Of a stretch of 64,000 nucleotides of DNA, positions 31,996 to 44,498 are shown in pieces. Numbering within the stretch: position 1 is the first letter of the stretch; every line of letters starts with the position of its first letter. The stretch comes from Eledone cirrhosa. Its lineage: Eukaryota. The notes beneath the pieces were generated by a model. The model was not told the origin of the DNA. It did no database searches and saw only the letters and a program-made list of their open reading frames with translations. The stretch covers positions 244,962,001-245,026,000 of the forward strand of contig OZ024740.1 in assembly GCA_964016885.1 (NCBI GenBank). The letters run 5' to 3'. The position numbers were made by a program, and so were the translations under genes.

Positions 31996-32574
31996 TTAAC
32001 CACACAGTATGCACTTAAAACAAGATTCGCGATAAAATTGTTGTGATTGATACTATCTGAATACATAGATATTTGGGCGTTTGCAATATAGAGTGGTGTG
32101 AAAAGAACATTACCTCTCCTAAAATAATCACAAATAATAGAGATATAGTACACGGAATGTTATAGTAATCAAGTGGACCATAGGTAGAATTTAGAAGAAA
32201 ATTCCAAGAATGTGTTAACGTCGGGAATTTTATAAGTTTAATGTAAAAAGAGCAGCAGAGGTTTAGCGTTTAAAGGTGAAATTAATATCTTTGGAGATTC
32301 TATGTGCCTCACATGTAAGTCATGACTCGATAAACAGCAGCTTAATACTCTTCAGATCATATACACAGCCATCTAAAAAGAAAAAGCATAGAAACAAAGA
32401 AGTTAATGTAATTCTGGATATTTTCCTCTGAAATATCTGGAATATCTTTGACCTGGGGCTAAACAACTCCAAGGAGAGAGCCTCTACACAGTTTTTCAAC
32501 CTGCTTGAAACACTCTTAAAAAGGAGAAAGGACCCATTATGAAATGCCCCTTATGTATGTACGTATGTATGTGT

Positions 32575-33106
32575 TACTGGTAACAACCTGTCTCATAGTC
32601 GGGACCAGTACAACCTGTCTCATGGTCGGGTCGTCGGCGACTAAACCGGCAACCCCACCAAGATAGCTTGGTGAGGAGGGTGAAATTTGGACATCCTGCG
32701 GGATGAAATACAAGACCCGGCAAAGGGCGGAGAAACTCAGTAGCGCCAACAGCATTCCAAATGGTAATTTTTTTTTTTTTTTTTTTTTTTTGACCTAGGA
32801 GTGAAAGGCCCCCAATTATTTTCACAACACCTTTCTAAGAGAGAGAAACTCTGAAAAAAACCTGCGGCTTCGGAAGCATCCAATGATGTTGATCAGCTCT
32901 CCTTTTCGGGTACTGTTTTCGATGCTCAGAGAGTGGGATTGGTCAAGTTCAAGACCTTTCCCCGCTTAAAAAACCTTCAAAGCACAGGCATTGGTTGTTC
33001 AGGATATGATACAGGTTCGTGTGGCTGGCCGTAGTCTAAAGGTGCACCAGTTTCTGTAATCTGACAAGCGATTGGAATACTCTTAGCAGAGTTTGCAGCC
33101 ACCATA
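32575..33106 (+). mobile_element. non-autonomous RTE-related short element ending in (ATGT)n
   Basis: Shares aaactctga, atccaatgatgttga, gagagtggga, gcacaggcattg and the terminal gagtt(t/g)gcagccaccat with 35603-36060. Confidence 0.5.
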
Positions 33107-33120
33107 TGTATGTATGTATG

Positions 33121-35538
33121 TTCTTCTGGTTTTATAATTTCACATTTCACAAAGTTTTACCAATAGAGAGAGAGTCGGTTTCTAACATAGACACAAGACT
33201 CTCTCATTGGAATTTACACAACATCAACTAGGTAGATATGTATGCATGCATGTGTAGATATGGATGTTATTGTATGTGTGGATGTGGATGTTTTGCGTTG
33301 TATGTGTGCATCAGTACATGTGTATATGCAGTTATTAGATGCACAATTTTTAGAATGTTTTACATATTTTTACTGTTCCATTAATGGATTGTACTTGTAA
33401 TTTCCTAACTAGTTGTGTTCTTTCTGTTCCTGTGAAGCCTAGCTTCTCAAGATTTGTATTGAGGCAGTTACTAACATACCCCAGTGCCCCAATAATCACA
33501 GGCATAAATCTGAAGGTATAATCAGGGTGGAGTATCTGCAGATTTCTCATCAGTTCTGCATAAATATTCTTTTTTTCACTAATCTTTGATATTATATTGG
33601 CATCTGCAGGACAGCTAACTTCCACTACTGTGCATGCCTTCTTTTCCCTGTCCTATATCATTATATCTGGTCTGTTATGCCTGCATTTTATTGGGGTTTT
33701 TACTGGAACATTCCACCAGTACTCTTTCATATTATGTACATGGATGTCTTCCACATTGCTGTAACTTTTAATGTGTTTATTATCGGGGCTATCTTTTTTA
33801 CGAACTGCATTGTACAGTGTTTTGGCCACGACATCATGCCTCATAGGTAGATAGTGCCGCGATGACATCTTTGGACAGCTGCTGATGATATGGGTGATAT
33901 CCTCTATGTTAGTTCTGCAGAGTCTGCACTTGTTATCATATCTAGGTGTTTTGCTTGCATCCCTATCTCTTTTGTGTATCAGGTATTTCGTGTTGATTTC
34001 CTGTTCTTGGATTGGTCCAAGATAGACTACTTTCCTTATTTATATTACTCTCACTCTGGAGCTTCCTGGCAACATATCTATGCATGATTTTTTGCTGATA
34101 AGTATGCAGTTTTTCATCCATGGATTCACTGTGATACTGTTGAGCGACTTCCCTGAATGTGAGTTTTTGATTATCACACAGGGAATATCTCTCGAGCAGT
34201 TCCTTCCCAACTCTCATAATCTTATCTGTTTCATGCAGATAAACTTGCTCGAGAAACGGGCTCCTACGCTTCGAGGTACGTAGATGTTGTCGGAGAGATA
34301 TGATGCGACATTCAAATGCTGTCTGGACTGATGTTAGGCCTCTACCTCCCTGCTTACGTTTCAAGTAAAGGCGGTCTATGTCATTGTTGATGTGGAAGTT
34401 TCCGGTGTTGTTTAGTATTTTTCGAGTTCCAACATCAACTGCTCGGATTTCGTCTATCGTCCAATTGAGTATTCCAAACGTTGGTGTTAGGACAGGCACA
34501 GCAAACACATTGTGAGCCACTGTTTTGTTTTGCGCAGAGAGTTCCGATGACCAGATCTTTCTTAATCGGGTGTAGTATTCCCTGGTTACGCGTTCTTTAT
34601 TACAGATACCATTATAGGATATGTTCTCATCTATCCCCAGGTATCTGTAGCAGTCCTCATCAGATATCGGTGAAACAGTTAAGCCATTGATGACAATGTT
34701 GCTAGATTGGGCTGTTGTTTTTCCCCGCTTTACAGTCATGTATGAGCATTTATATTGGCCAAACTCCATTCCTATATCCTTTGAGAAAGTTGTAACCAGG
34801 TCAAGATTTTTCTTCATCCCATCCATGTTCTTGGCATAGAGTTTCAGATCGTCCACAAAGAAATTATGGGTTAGGTTCGTATTTCTGTCCCCTTGTGAGC
34901 CAATGATGTATCCCTCATATTTCTTGAGCAGAAAGGACAACGGGTTTAATGACAAGATGAATAATATCACAGAGAGACTGTCTCCTTGAAATATGCCCCT
35001 GCAATATTTTATTTTATCAGTGAAAATAGAGTCCTCCCTCTCTGTCTTTAACCTTAGGATAGTAGCCCAAGAAGAAGACAGCCTCTCTATGGCTCTGACA
35101 ATAATGTCTGGGACTTTAGAAAGTTGGAGGGCCTCTATCATCCAAGAGTGGGGAACAGAATCGAAAGCTCTCTTGTAGTCCAGCCAGACTGTAGTCATAT
35201 TCCTCCTAAGTTGTCGCACCTCCGACATCGCAGCTTTGTTGATTAGGAGTTGTTTAGCACATCCCCAAACCCCTTTTTTCCAGCTGCTTGTTTCATCTGT
35301 GATGATGTTATTATTTTCACAGTGATCTTGGAGGAATAGGTTCAGGGAGGCTGTATACATTTTATACATCAGGTTCTGGCATGCAATGGGTCGGTAGATT
35401 TGTGCTAAGTGGGTGTCTTTGTTCTTGGGGACCATTAATGTTTGTGCTAATGTCAACCACTCTGGTATAAGTGTATCTCCCTTAAGAACTTGTTGGTAGA
35501 GGTCAGTAAGATACCTCCGATAGAATATCAGTTTTTTG
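33121..35538 (-). mobile_element. 5'-truncated R4/Dong-like RLE non-LTR retrotransposon inserted in (CATA)n
   Basis: YRPIACQNLMYK; WLDYKRAFDSVPH; GIFQGDSLS; FFVDDLKLY; RLYLKRKQGGRGL; RHDVVA; HNRPDI; PVIIGALG. (TATG)n at both ends. Confidence 0.9.
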
Positions 35539-35602
35539 TATGTATGTATGTATGTATGTATGTATGTATGTATGTATGTATGTATGTATGTATGTATGTA
35601 TG

Positions 35603-36060
35603 TCAAAGGGCAAAGGAGCTCTTAAGAGTCAATGGCCATCCAAAATCACCGGGAGAGATGACCCCTTAGCCTTTGTCAAAGCAGAATTCTAGGAGAAGGA
35701 AAACTCTGATATAACACCTGCAACCCTGATGGTATCCAATGATGTTGACTTGTTCTTCTTTTTGGTAAATATCATCTTGGTTAGGAGAGTGGGACTGGCT
35801 TTGTGCAGTGCCTTTGCTCACTATAAAAGCTTCACGGCACAGGCATTGCTTTATATCTGGAGATCTCTCTGCACTTGTCGTCACATGGTACCATTGTCCC
35901 AGCTCTATGTGTCAATAATTGTCACAAGTGTAGTGTCTGTACCAGAGTTTTCAAGTCGCTGGCTGGACTAAAAAGTCACACGCGTTCAGCGCACCGGTAG
36001 GGGTTCTCCTACATGGATATAAAGTAGTGGCCATACTCGAAAACGAGTTGGCAGCCACCA
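35603..36060 (+). mobile_element. non-autonomous RTE-related short element between (TATG)n tracts
   Basis: ctaggagaaggaaaactctga motif, which I recall from RTE 5' UTRs; homologous to 32575-33106. Confidence 0.5.
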
Positions 36061-36454
36061 TGTATGTATGTATGTATGTATGTATGTATGTATGTATGTA
36101 TGTATGTATGTATGCATTTGTATATCTAGCGATATACAGTATGTTTGTGAATACACATTTGTTTATGAATAGACATTTGAAAGCCTTAGCTATGAATTTA
36201 GGAAAGTGATAGCTAACGCCATCAGGTTGATTCGAGCTAAAGCAGGCGCGGGTAATCTGCTGACGGTCGACTGTTTCTCACAATGCTCGTTATCAAGAAA
36301 TCGCTTTCTCTCCTTGCTCACCGCTGGAATCTAATGTAGGCTAAAATATAGTTTTGATACCTATGTACATGGACTGATAAGTCTATTTTGCATATGGAGC
36401 AGTCGGCAACTATATATATATATATATATATTATTCTCATCGCGGGAACAATTT

Positions 36455-36925
36455 TCCGAAAGCTTTCCTGTAGTCCAGCCAGACTGTAGCCATATTCCTT
36501 CTAAGTAATCGCACCTCCGACATCGCAGTTTTGTTGATTAGTTGTTCAGCACATCTCCAAACCCCTTTCTTTCCAGATGCTTGTTCATCTGTGATGATGT
36601 TATTATTTTCACAGTAATCTTGGAGGAATAGGTTCAGGCAGGCTGTATACATCTTATACATCAGGTTCTGGCATGCAATTGGTCGGTAGATTTGTGCTAA
36701 GTGGGTGGCTTTGTTCTTGGGGACCAGTAATATTTGTGCTAATGTCAACCATTCTGGTATAAGAATTTGTTGGTAGAGGTCAGTAAGATACCTCCGATAG
36801 AATAACGTGTTTTTTGTACCAGTAGCAATCATGTCTCTTTCTGGTGTTTTCTTATCTTGGAGTTTTCCTATCACAGCCTCAAGGGTATCCTCACTTATTT
36901 CGTATGTTTTTGTTGTAGTGTTGTA
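36455..36925 (-). pseudogene. second R4/Dong-like RT fragment
   Basis: [38 protein letters not shown]...WLDYRKAF; close paralogue of 35.2-35.5k. Confidence 0.88.
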
Positions 36926-37614
36926 TGTATGTATATATGTACTTTTGTGTGTATGTATGCATATATACACACAGTTTTACATACATATACCTACAGACAT
37001 GAACACAAACCTAAAAACACAAACAGCTGTATCAAATATTAATCCACTGCTTTAGTCCACATATATGCGTGTGTGTATATAAATATATATGCATGTTCGA
37101 GTGGGAATATGTGTCTGTGTGTGTTAACGCTAATACATTTGTTTATGCCATCATGTCACATTGTCTTCTATTTCCTGACTACATATTTCTTAATTACTTC
37201 CAATCCCAGTCTACTGTCAATATCCAATCAACAGCGGTTAAAAATGAATCGGAAAGATTGTAAACAGGATCCTAGGAACGACTTGAAGATGCTGTTACTG
37301 TTGTATACCAGGCTGTATAAATTATATATCTGACTAGGCTGGAACCTAGATAATACGCCCCAGTTGTTACTGTAAGACCAGGTAATTAATTCTAGCTATT
37401 TGTGAAAATTACTAAGTCCATTTAAAAAATATTTATACCGTGAAAGGTAGGCTGTGTCCATGGCCATTTTCTGGTGGGAATCTGGTGGGAAAAAAACCTC
37501 CAACCGAAGATCTGGCCGGAACTATTGCAGCCATGTAGACTCCGCTAATGGACCAAGAGCCCAGATAGTAGGGTTAAAATGAACGATGCCTTAGTTCTAC
37601 TACCCAAACGGAAA

Positions 37615-37830
37615 GAATCGCTGGACAGATTTTACAGGCAAAACCAACCGACAGAAAATCCAGGCGTAGACCCGAGCAAGATGGTTGGATAACATCCATA
37701 AGCTTGGCTGGTCTCGCTTGGGGGTCCAGCCAGATCAGATGGAGGTGGTTGCTTCTGACAGGACCCGCTGGAAGGAGTGTTTGTTGATTCTTCCCCCCAC
37801 GACACGCTCAGGAATAAGTGGGCGAAGAAT
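37615..37830 (+). mobile_element. RTE LINE 3' end fragment
   Basis: Homologous to the reverse complement of 26865-27070. Confidence 0.8.
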
Positions 37831-37863
37831 TCTTCTTCTTCTTCATCTTCTTCTTCTTCTTCT

Positions 37864-38125
37864 TGGTGGATTGGCAGTAACGGTAGAGCGTCAGACACCA
37901 TGATTTGCAGCAAAGAGTTACGTCCCTTTACATTCTCAGTTCAAATCCCGCCGATGTTAGCTTTGCCTTACAAGGTCCATCAAATCACGCCGATGTTAGC
38001 TTTGCCTTTCATACTTACAAGGTCCATAAAATAAAGCACCAGTAATGCTCTGGGGTTAATCTAATCGACTTTCCCGTCTCTTCAAATTGCTGGCCTTGTG
38101 CCGATAGTAGAAATCATTGTTATTA
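37864..38125 (+). mobile_element. tRNA-derived SINE with internal duplication
   Basis: TGGCAGTAACGG A box and CAGTTCAAATCC B box; caaatc(c/a)cgccgatgttagctttgcct occurs twice. Confidence 0.8.
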
Positions 38126-38339
38126 TTTTTATTGTTTTTCCTTTTCCTTCAGTATTATATCTGATATATGCCGAGTGTCTTCCTGACACCCAGGACAAAT
38201 AAACTCACTGTATACATTGGTAAGCCAGTTAATACACCACATTGAATATAATTTATAGCTTATCCTTCTTACAGAGGGATATCATTCTTACAGAGATAGT
38301 TCTCTACTCACACACACAACCACATGGGGTGGGGGGTAT

Positions 38340-38681
38340 CATTCTTACAGAGATAGTGTTCTTCTTAATACGTGTGCAGTATCAGTAAAAATAATTTTTG
38401 TACCTCTTGCATAGAGGGTAAACCAGGAATCATTTGCAAATACTGTTCTGTTCCTTTCTTGATCATTCCCAGTCCTCCCACAATCACTGGTATTGTAACG
38501 GCCTTGAGGTGCCACATTTTTTCCGATTTCAATAAGTAGATCTTTATATTTTCTTAGCTTGTCAAATTCTTTTGCCGCGATATTGTGATCACATGGGATG
38601 CTCATATCAATCAATAAACAGACCTTCCTATGTTGGTCTTTTACAATGATATCTGGTCTATTAGCTTTTATGGTCCGGTCA

Positions 38682-38719
<38 letters not shown>

Positions 38720-38813
38720 TGACCGGACCATAAAAGCTAATAGACCAGATATCATTGTAAAATACCAACATAGGAAGGTCTGTTTATTGATTGATATGAG
38801 CATCCCATGTGAT
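38340..38813 (-). mobile_element. R4/Dong-like RLE 3' fragment with a ~95-bp inverted duplication around a (TA)n loop
   Basis: TDRTIKANRPDIIVKD..LIDMSIPCDHNIAAKEFDKLRKYKDL. 38588-38683 is mirrored at 38718-38813. Confidence 0.85.
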
Positions 38814-38997
38814 TATATATATATATATGGATTTCACTAAATTCTGTGGATGAATTTATATCCTGATTCTCTTTGAGATGAGTTTGAATTATTTTTCCCA
38901 CATCTTACGTTAACTATTTTTCCCATTTTGACGCTATAGTCGCATATATGTTATGGAATACTGTTAGCTTCTCGCTACAACAATTTCTATACCTTTC

Positions 38998-39052
<55 letters not shown>

Positions 39053-39428
39053 TAAGTTTAAAGAATAGTCAGACAACATTTATCCAATTTTTTTCTCCTT
39101 AGTCCGTAGAAATTAAGTAGAGAAATAATCAATTTAAAGGAGCTAAGTCTAAAATGTAAGTTTGAAGAAAAAAATGTAGATAAACATTACCAAAAATTCT
39201 CCCAGTCCCGACTATCGATAGTTTCGCTCGTACGTTGTGCATATGTTTAACCATTGCATTATCCATGATATATATATATATATATATCAGCATATTTGAG
39301 TCATCCACTCACTGTCAAAGCGGTAAGAGCCCACCCAAAAGGGTGGAAAATCAATACAATACCTACTCTGTACTTAGTATCAAGTACTAAGCTGAACGAT
39401 GGTCTTCCTTGTCTTAACTAGTAACTCC

Positions 39429-39535
<107 letters not shown>

Positions 39536-39662
39536 AGAAGGAAATATATATATATATATATATATTTAAATAGAAGAAGGAAAAACATGTATTTTAACCC
39601 ACCTTTTAACTCTGAGGTCCTCACTAACCCCCCCCCCCCCCCCCAGAGTATTCTTCTCCTTA

Positions 39663-40385
39663 TTGGAAAAAAACTTCCCACCAGGCAATAGATACCGCAA
39701 CATAATTAACAAAAACGTAATTAAATTATCCTATTCGACCACACCTAACCTCGCATCACACCTAGCACGTACGAACATTAGGAAAACTAAGGAGGGATTC
39801 GAAGCAATTAAAATGGCAGTTAACCACCAGCAACCGACTACACTAGAAAATGGGCAACATAATAGCATCAATGAGCCATCTAATAATATAGAGGCACCTA
39901 GTGATAATGCGAGTAACCAAACTTCGGGAGGTAAGCTAACTAATCGAACCCGCAGTTGCAATTGTAGGCGGAGTAGTAACTGTCCCCTAAGGGGGGATTG
40001 CCTCACGAAAAACATAGTATATGCATGTGACGTAACCACATACAACTCTACCAAAACATATATAGGAGCAACGTCCAATACATTTAAAACTAGATTTAAC
40101 GCGCATATGTACACATTTAGACACGACAGACATAAGAATGCCACCTCACTGGCGGGATACATCTCCTTCTTAAAAAATAATAGTACCCCATACAAACTTT
40201 TTGGGAGGAAGCTTACTAAATCCACGCCATACCGACCGCAGAGCGGAAGTTGTGACCTGTGTTTACTGGAATGCCATGCCATAATACACTCTAAACTGAA
40301 CCTGCTTAACAGGAAATCGGAAATTTTCTCCTCATGCCAACACAAAATCCTGAGTTCCTTCTTCTATTTTAAACCTAGCACATAG
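39663..40385 (+). pseudogene. PLE C-terminus: RT end, linker and GIY-YIG endonuclease
   Basis: IKLSYSTTPNL; CNCRRSSNCPLRGDCLTKNIVYACDV..YIGATSNTFKTRFNAH..CDLCLLE..LNRKSE..CQH. Confidence 0.9.
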
Positions 40386-42658
40386 ACGTAACATATATCA
40401 CGCACCCCCCACCTAGACTATAGTTTCCCCCCCCAACCCGTAACCTAGATAGATAGGTACCATAAGGGTGGTGCAGTCTCCTACAAGGTTGGTGCTCTTG
40501 CGTGTGTGTGTTTGTGTGTGTGTATTCTCCTTTTATCTCTCACACGCACGCGCACGCAGACATATGTGTGTGTGTGCGTGCGTGTGTGCATGCATGCACG
40601 CATGTGTGCGTGCATTCTGTGTAAGTATATTGTGTGTACATGTATGTATATATATGTATGTGTATATATATGTATATGCATGTGTGTGTGTGTATATGTA
40701 TATTGTATGCATGCGTATTATATTGTGTGTATGAGTATGTGTGACATGTATGTGAATATATGTATGTAGGCGTATGAGTGGGTAGGTGTAAGTGTATAAT
40801 GTATGTATGTGTGTATATATGTATGCATACTCTTCTGTAGAAATTCTCTCTATGTGTGCTGTGTGGCATGAATTCCCCCTATAATACTCTTCTCTGAGAG
40901 GAGCACGATATGCAGAGTAACACATATGTATTGTCGAAGTTGAAACTGAGAACCACCACCCCTCCTGCTGACCTGGATGTTTACTGAGGACCAGAACACC
41001 ATTCTACGCAATATAAGAGCGAAATGCGCTTGCCGAACTATTGATGACCATAACATCACATTCCAATGTAGTGGCAAAATACAGTGAATGATATGCACGA
41101 CCAGAACACCACAGCATGCATATCCAAACAGCACAGATATGATATCAATGGGGGAATCAACTGAAACTTTTTGGGTTGAAATACATGTGGATATGTGTCT
41201 GTGTGTATCGAACACACGGACACATAAGGAGGCTCTTGACCTAAATATACCTGTCATGCCTGTCTGAATCCCTAAGGGAACTGTCGGCCAGTTACTGTCT
41301 TGACCGATCGTAGTACCACTGGGTGAATCATTTGAGTTTTTGGGGTTGAAATACATATAGATATGTGTCTGTGTGTGTCGGACACACATACACACAAAAA
41401 AGCTGTTATGGCTGCCTGAATTTTCGGTCAGTTGCTGACTTGACTGATTGACCCCACAATTACTACGTAGCGGTTCTTGCACGTGACTACTGGACCCGGA
41501 TGAAACGAAGACGAAGAATTTCCTTCCGTACCGTTTTGTACCACAGATGCGATATCACCCTGCTTCGTTGATGTCCTATCGACACCAAAGTTCAACGTTT
41601 GGGCGAATAGATTTGAATCCAACCACCAACAACATAGCTGGATGACCGATAATCACACCAAACCGGGGTACTGTGATCCTTGTGACTTCTAAATATACAA
41701 CCAATGACACTGTCACGAAGACCAGGAAACCATACTCCATATATTGAACCAATTGATTGATTTGTGCGAACAAAATAACACCAAACACATATTGAACTAG
41801 GAATATTGGATCCTCGGTCAATGTCCGGGTGAGCAAAAATTGACTTCTATCTGCATTGGAATTTACAAACTTGTGCATCTGCTGTGGTGTCAAAAACAAA
41901 CGCACATGACCGCACAGATAAACAATGGACCATGCCACGTGGCTTGAACCCGTAAGTGAATTGAAGGTTCTGCAACTCTGATACACATATTGTTTATTAT
42001 TTATTATTAAGATGTATAAACTGGACACAACTGTTATCATCCTATATTCTCTCAACGAATCACACTTGATCATATTTCTCTATCCTGTTTTCTCCCCCCA
42101 TAATTATTATATTTTTATTATTTTTTATTATTGTTTGAAAAAAATCGGTTTTGTTACATTGTGTTTTCCCCTCCAAATATTCGCTTATATTTCCTTATAT
42201 ATTCTCTATATATTTTTTATCTTTAGTATTATTTCCACTTTTATCCTCCTTTATATTTTACCTTATTCTTACCTTTACACCTTATTATAGTGTAATCTTC
42301 CCCATGCCTCATTATACACTATTAATTATAGATTATTATTATTACTCTTTTTCCATTTCTAATTACCTCATGTACCTTCTCCTCCGCTATATGTATATAT
42401 GTATTCTACGCCCTTTGTGTTTGCGTAGCCTCTGCGCACCCTCTGCACCATACTACCCACGCCACCCCATCTATGGTTCAGCTAACCACCCGACCCCCGG
42501 GAATGAATATGACCGCAGCTAGTAAACAAGGACCAACACCCCACCCTCCCGCACCAAAATTAGACTTATCGTCCCCTACTTTTGCTCTTTACTCTCTCTA
42601 CCCTTTGTTCTTGGGTGTTTGGTTGGTAGAGTCCATAAGACCAATCAAACCCCTTTTA

Positions 42659-42708
42659 TAGCTCTGATGAATCCTACGGTTACACGTAAGGAAGAAACAT
42701 TGTTAGCC
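42659..42708 (+). ncRNA. minimal PLE-type hammerhead
   Basis: GCT-CTGATGA-A-TCCTACG-gttaca-CGTAAGGA-A-GAAAC-ATT-GTT-AGC. Confidence 0.65.
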
Positions 42709-42831
42709 AATAAAACTCTTTTGATGTTGTAGACGCTCTTGTGTTCTTTTTCATATATATATATTTATTTATTTATTTATATGTGTGTGTGCGCGTGAGA
42801 ATATGTGTGTGTGTGAGTGTATGTGAGTATG

Positions 42832-42884
<53 letters not shown>

Positions 42885-42897
42885 GCGTGTGTGTGTG

Positions 42898-42944
<47 letters not shown>

Positions 42945-43799
42945 CACGGCTTAGGTGATGAGTGTTCCAGGTGTTCGTGAAATTAATGTATAAGTGGCTG
43001 AGCACTCCATAAACACGTGTATTCTTAATGTAATTCTCGGTGAGATTCAGGTTTGCCTAATTTTACAACCCGAGGCTAGGGTTTGACACTTATCCAAGAT
43101 AGCGCGCAGTGGCCTGTCGATTGGTTGTTTGCCATTCAAAGCACTGTGAACTTCATAACTTTCCAAAGTTAGAAGACCGCCTCTTCGCGATTTTTGCATG
43201 ATTTTTGCCTCGGTTTTATTTATTTATTTATTTATTCATTTATTTATTTTCCTGTGAGTCTTTAAAGCTTTTTTTTTATTTTTCAACTGATCTTGACAAT
43301 TTGTCACCCCTGTCTTCCTCATTATCACAAGACGCTCTGAAAACTGAGTTCCCATGACTCACTCATGTTATAGCTGTCATTGCTTTGGCTAACATTTCCT
43401 GTTTTTCTGTTTTTCCAAATCCTCTATGCAAAAAGCCTACAAGTGGATCTTACTACCATACGTGGAACAATTTGACTTTCTGTCCTGTACCATCACCCTC
43501 ATCATTTTTCCAGCTCCGGGATCGTTGTCAACTTCTTGAGAGTGGTGGGTGTGACATTAGTACTTGAAGTCTATATACAGATCCCAGCCAGCCATCAGTA
43601 ATTCTGAGTCACCTCTGCCCTCACCACATGTCTGTTTTGTGCCGCTAAGGTGACAAGCTGAAATCATCATGTTGCATTCTTCTTTTTTCATCCAACACCA
43701 GGTAGGCCTATGGTCCGCCAGTCTGAATGTTCCCTCAGAACGAAACCTGTTTGTTTTTCAGTAGCAGGTTTATTTTCCATTGCCAGGTTATTAGGTCTG

Positions 43800-44000
43800 T
43801 CGCGACTGATGTCACAGATGTTGTCCAAGGGAAAGGCAAAGGCTGATACAGCTTGGCACTAGTGACGTCGCAACTCATTTCTACAGCTGAGTGAACTGGA
43901 GCAACCTGAAATAAAGTGTCTTGCTTAAGGACACAACGAATCGTCCGGCCCGGGATTCGAACTCACGATTGTGAATCCAACTCTCTAACAACTAAGCCAC
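43800..44000 (-). mobile_element. second tRNA-derived SINE family
   Basis: Minus strand TGGCTTAGTTG A box and GAGTTCGAATCC B box, then gttgtgtccttaagcaagacacttt core. Confidence 0.75.
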
Positions 44001-44104
44001 GTTTTGCACACTCCCCATATATTTGGAGCTCCAGTCTATGATGGCGCCACTACACAGAGGCACTTTCTTACCATGAATGACAAACATACTAAATAAATGC
44101 ATAA

Positions 44105-44498
44105 ATAATTGTTTCTACGTTTGGCACAAGGCCAGGCAATTACCCAGTGCATTACTGGTACTTTATTTTATCGACCCCGTAAGGATGAAAGGTAAAGTTA
44201 ACCTCGGCGAGATTTGAACTCAGAATGGCAAGGGCCGTAACTCTATGCGTCAAAGCATGGCGTCCGAGCCTCTACCGATACTGCCAATATGATTACTAAT
44301 TTAGGCGCAAGATGGTGGGCTGGAAAAAGTCGATTATATCGACCCAGTACTTCACTGGTAATTTATTTTATCGACCCCAGAAGGATGAAAAGCAAAGTTG
44401 ACCTTGGCAGGTTTTGAACTCAGAACATACAGAACCGGAACAAATACTGCGAAGCATGTTGTCCGACGCTCTACCGACTCTGCCAGCCCACCGCCTCA
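44105..44498 (-). mobile_element. two adjacent SINE copies (44105-44288 and 44298-44498)
   Basis: Each has ttgaactcagaa and atcgacccc..ggatgaaa family motifs. Confidence 0.85.

Larger units (their letters stand above)
39580..42755 (+). mobile_element. 5'-truncated Penelope-like element (GIY-YIG, possibly Hydra-like clade) with a long 3' region
   Basis: GIY-YIG ORF, terminal hammerhead, AATAAA at 42708 and an end in (TA)n. Continuity of the middle is inferred. Confidence 0.65.

Noticed and set aside
35625-35710. HDV-like ribozyme in the RTE-related 5' region
   Set aside because: Plausible for RTE elements, but I could not assemble the double pseudoknot by eye.
43940-44000. tRNA gene
   Set aside because: A and B boxes are present but there is no complete cloverleaf and it continues into a SINE body.
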